The translations under genes were made by a program, and so were the position numbers. A stretch of 64,000 bases of DNA from an uncultured Bacillales bacterium (GTDB lineage Bacteria > Bacillota_I > Bacilli_A > RF39 > UBA660): NCBI GenBank assembly GCA_946624985.1, contig CAMOSQ010000003.1, forward strand, positions 1,255 to 65,254, in the 5' to 3' direction. The notes under the pieces are model-generated. The model saw only the letters and a list, made by a program, of their open reading frames with translations. It searched no databases and was not told the origin of the DNA. This document shows positions 62,229 to 64,000 of the stretch, one piece after another. How positions within the stretch are numbered: the first letter of the stretch is position 1; each line of letters begins with the position of its first letter.

Positions 62229-64000
62229 ATGAAAAATATAAGATTAAGAAAGGGTATTTTATCTGTTTTATTTGCTGGATTTACTTTGGTTAGTTTGTCA
62301 TCATGTGGTAAAAAAAATGAGGATGAAAAAGCTGAAAATCAGGTAGGTTATGTTGATGTAGAAAATCCTAAGTCTTTATCTTCTAGTGAGTTTGTTTTTT
62401 ATAATTGTGGTGATCATGATGATGTAGGAATATCTAATCAGGATAGGTTATTAAAAAAATGTGATGAACGTGATATTTCAGCAGGAATTATAATAGGTAG
62501 TGATGCGGAATCTCTTCTTGAAATATTTGAGGATGTTGAGTATACAAAGTCTGTTATTGAAAAGAATAATGTAGATTTACCTATATATTTTAATGTAGAT
62601 AAAATAATGTCAAATGATAAATTAAGTTATGTTGATAAGGCAAATCTTATTAGTGAGTATTTAAATCTTGTTTGGCAAAATAATATTTATGTTGGCTTAT
62701 ATGGAACTAGTTCTAATTTAGTATTTTTAGATAAGTATTGTATGTCTATATCTGATAAGTATGATTGTTTTGTTGTTGATGATGGAATTGTAAAGTATGA
62801 TGGAAATTATTCTTTTATTCAAAATAAGGATGGAAGTGTTATTTCTAATTATAGATCAGATGAATTTGATGATGATATTTCGAAGATGATTAAATCTAAT
62901 GGTTTTAATTGTAAGGAAAATTTTTCTCAAACTGGGTTTTATAAATTTGAGTTAAATGATAACATTGATAAGGTTGCTTTAAAATATGATTTGAGTGTTA
63001 ATGATATTTTATCTTTTAATGGTATTAGTAGGGAAGATTTAATTCCTGGTATTATTTTAAGGATTCCTAATCAAATACAGAATAAAACAATCTCTGTTTT
63101 TCCAACTTTGAATAGGCAAAATTCTGCTCTTTATAGAGGAATTGACATATCTTTTTATCAGGGGGATATTTCAAGTGAAAGATTTGAAAAATTATCTGGT
63201 CAAATTGATTTCGCTATATTAAAAATATCTGAGCAACAAGATAAGAATTTTAGTTTATTAAGAGAGGATCCTAAATTTAGAGATTATTATAATAAATGCG
63301 TTGAAAGTGATATTTCTGTTGGTGGATATTATGTTACACATGCTACAAATACTGATGAAGCTATTAAAGAAGCAAAACTTATTATAGATGGTATTAAAGG
63401 ATTAAATATTACTTTTCCAATATATATTGATTATGAGAATACTAAAGATTCAATATATGAAGATGAGTTTTATGAAATTAAAAAGAATAATGAATTTAAG
63501 AAAATGTTAGAGAGTGTTAATGAGTTGTTTTTAGATGCTGGATTTAGGTTTGGTATATATACTAATTTATCTACATATTCTGATATGGTTAGTATGATTG
63601 GTCAAGAAGAGTTGGAAAAATATGAAATATGGTTATCAAAGCCTAATGATTATAAAAGAACAAATTTTGTTGTTGATGAAGGCCCAGTATGCAAAACAAA
63701 TGATGGTTCTTTATCATATCCTTGTGATATGAATCAGGTATCTTGGTCTATTAGTGATTTAGGAATCGGTAATTCATCTGGTTGTGTAGATTATAACTTA
63801 TGTTATAAGGATTATAAAGCTCCTAAAGAAATAATTAAGTTACCTCCAGAGCAAATATTTGATACTAAGGAATATAAAAGAATTGATAAGAAAAGGGTGT
63901 TTAATAATATTATTAATTTTGGTGGAATAACAGCTGGGTTATTATTTAGTGTTTATGTAATTGGACATAGGAGAAAGATTAAGAGAAAACTTATAAAATT
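62229..64000 (+). CDS. Lipoprotein with LysM and GH25 (lysozyme/muramidase) domains (partial; runs off the window end)
   Basis: The lipobox is LVSLSSCG. The LysM segment is YKFELNDNIDKVALKYDLSVNDILSFNGI. The GH25 segment is RGIDISFYQGDIS...FAILKISEQ...GGYYVTHA. The frame is open to position 64000. Confidence 0.6.
   Translation, partial: MKNIRLRKGILSVLFAGFTLVSLSSCGKKNEDEKAENQVGYVDVENPKSLSSSEFVFYNCGDHDDVGISNQDRLLKKCDERDISAGIIIGSDAESLLEIFEDVEYTKSVIEKNNVDLPIYFNVDKIMSNDKLSYVDKANLISEYLNLVWQNNIYVGLYGTSSNLVFLDKYCMSISDKYDCFVVDDGIVKYDGNYSFIQNKDGSVISNYRSDEFDDDISKMIKSNGFNCKENFSQTGFYKFELNDNIDKVALKYDLSVNDILSFNGISREDLIPGIILRIPNQIQNKTISVFPTLNRQNSALYRGIDISFYQGDISSERFEKLSGQIDFAILKISEQQDKNFSLLREDPKFRDYYNKCVESDISVGGYYVTHATNTDEAIKEAKLIIDGIKGLNITFPIYIDYENTKDSIYEDEFYEIKKNNEFKKMLESVNELFLDAGFRFGIYTNLSTYSDMVSMIGQEELEKYEIWLSKPNDYKRTNFVVDEGPVCKTNDGSLSYPCDMNQVSWSISDLGIGNSSGCVDYNLCYKDYKAPKEIIKLPPEQIFDTKEYKRIDKKRVFNNIINFGGITAGLLFSVYVIGHRRKIKRKLIK

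Overview
64 kb of very AT-rich (roughly 27-28% GC by eye), gene-dense chromosome from a low-GC, endospore-forming Firmicute. Gene content and synteny look Clostridia-like. The genetic code is standard: TAA, TAG and TGA all terminate well-supported genes. Most genes are on the + strand.

Housekeeping backbone:
- priA, pyrH, and the rimP-nusA-ylxR-infB operon with a dCMP deaminase inserted.
- queA, miaA, RNase J, sepF-divIVA, and a T-box leader followed by a CaCA antiporter and ileS.
- sufC/sufBD-like/sufS, secG, tRNA-Arg(TCT), pyrG, a P-type ATPase, rbgA-mrnC-rlmB-sigH, a U32 peptidase and cdsA-rseP.

Sporulation genes are interleaved: a pro-sigma-K-like sigma factor, spoIIAA-sigF with no spoIIAB between them, spoVAC-spoVAD-spoVAE, spoIIIAH, gerE and gerM.

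Cell-envelope enzymes include two VanY-like M15 peptidases (one carrying two dockerin modules and a Big_2 domain), an NPKTG-sorted surface protein, a polysaccharide deacetylase and a LysM/GH25 lipoprotein.

The most unusual region is 48.8-53.3 kb, immediately 5' of rbgA. It holds three small gene cassettes: (1) a frameshifted RhuM gene plus an N-terminally truncated adenylosuccinate-synthetase-like ORF, (2) an ASCH-GNAT fusion plus a stand-alone ASCH gene, and (3) a small P-loop kinase-like gene. Each cassette is bounded by a repeated copy of the rbgA ribosome-binding site and first about 12 codons. This looks like a recombination hotspot stacking accessory, possibly defence or RNA-modification, cargo at the start of rbgA. 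No CRISPR array, rRNA gene or transposase/integrase gene is visible in the window.
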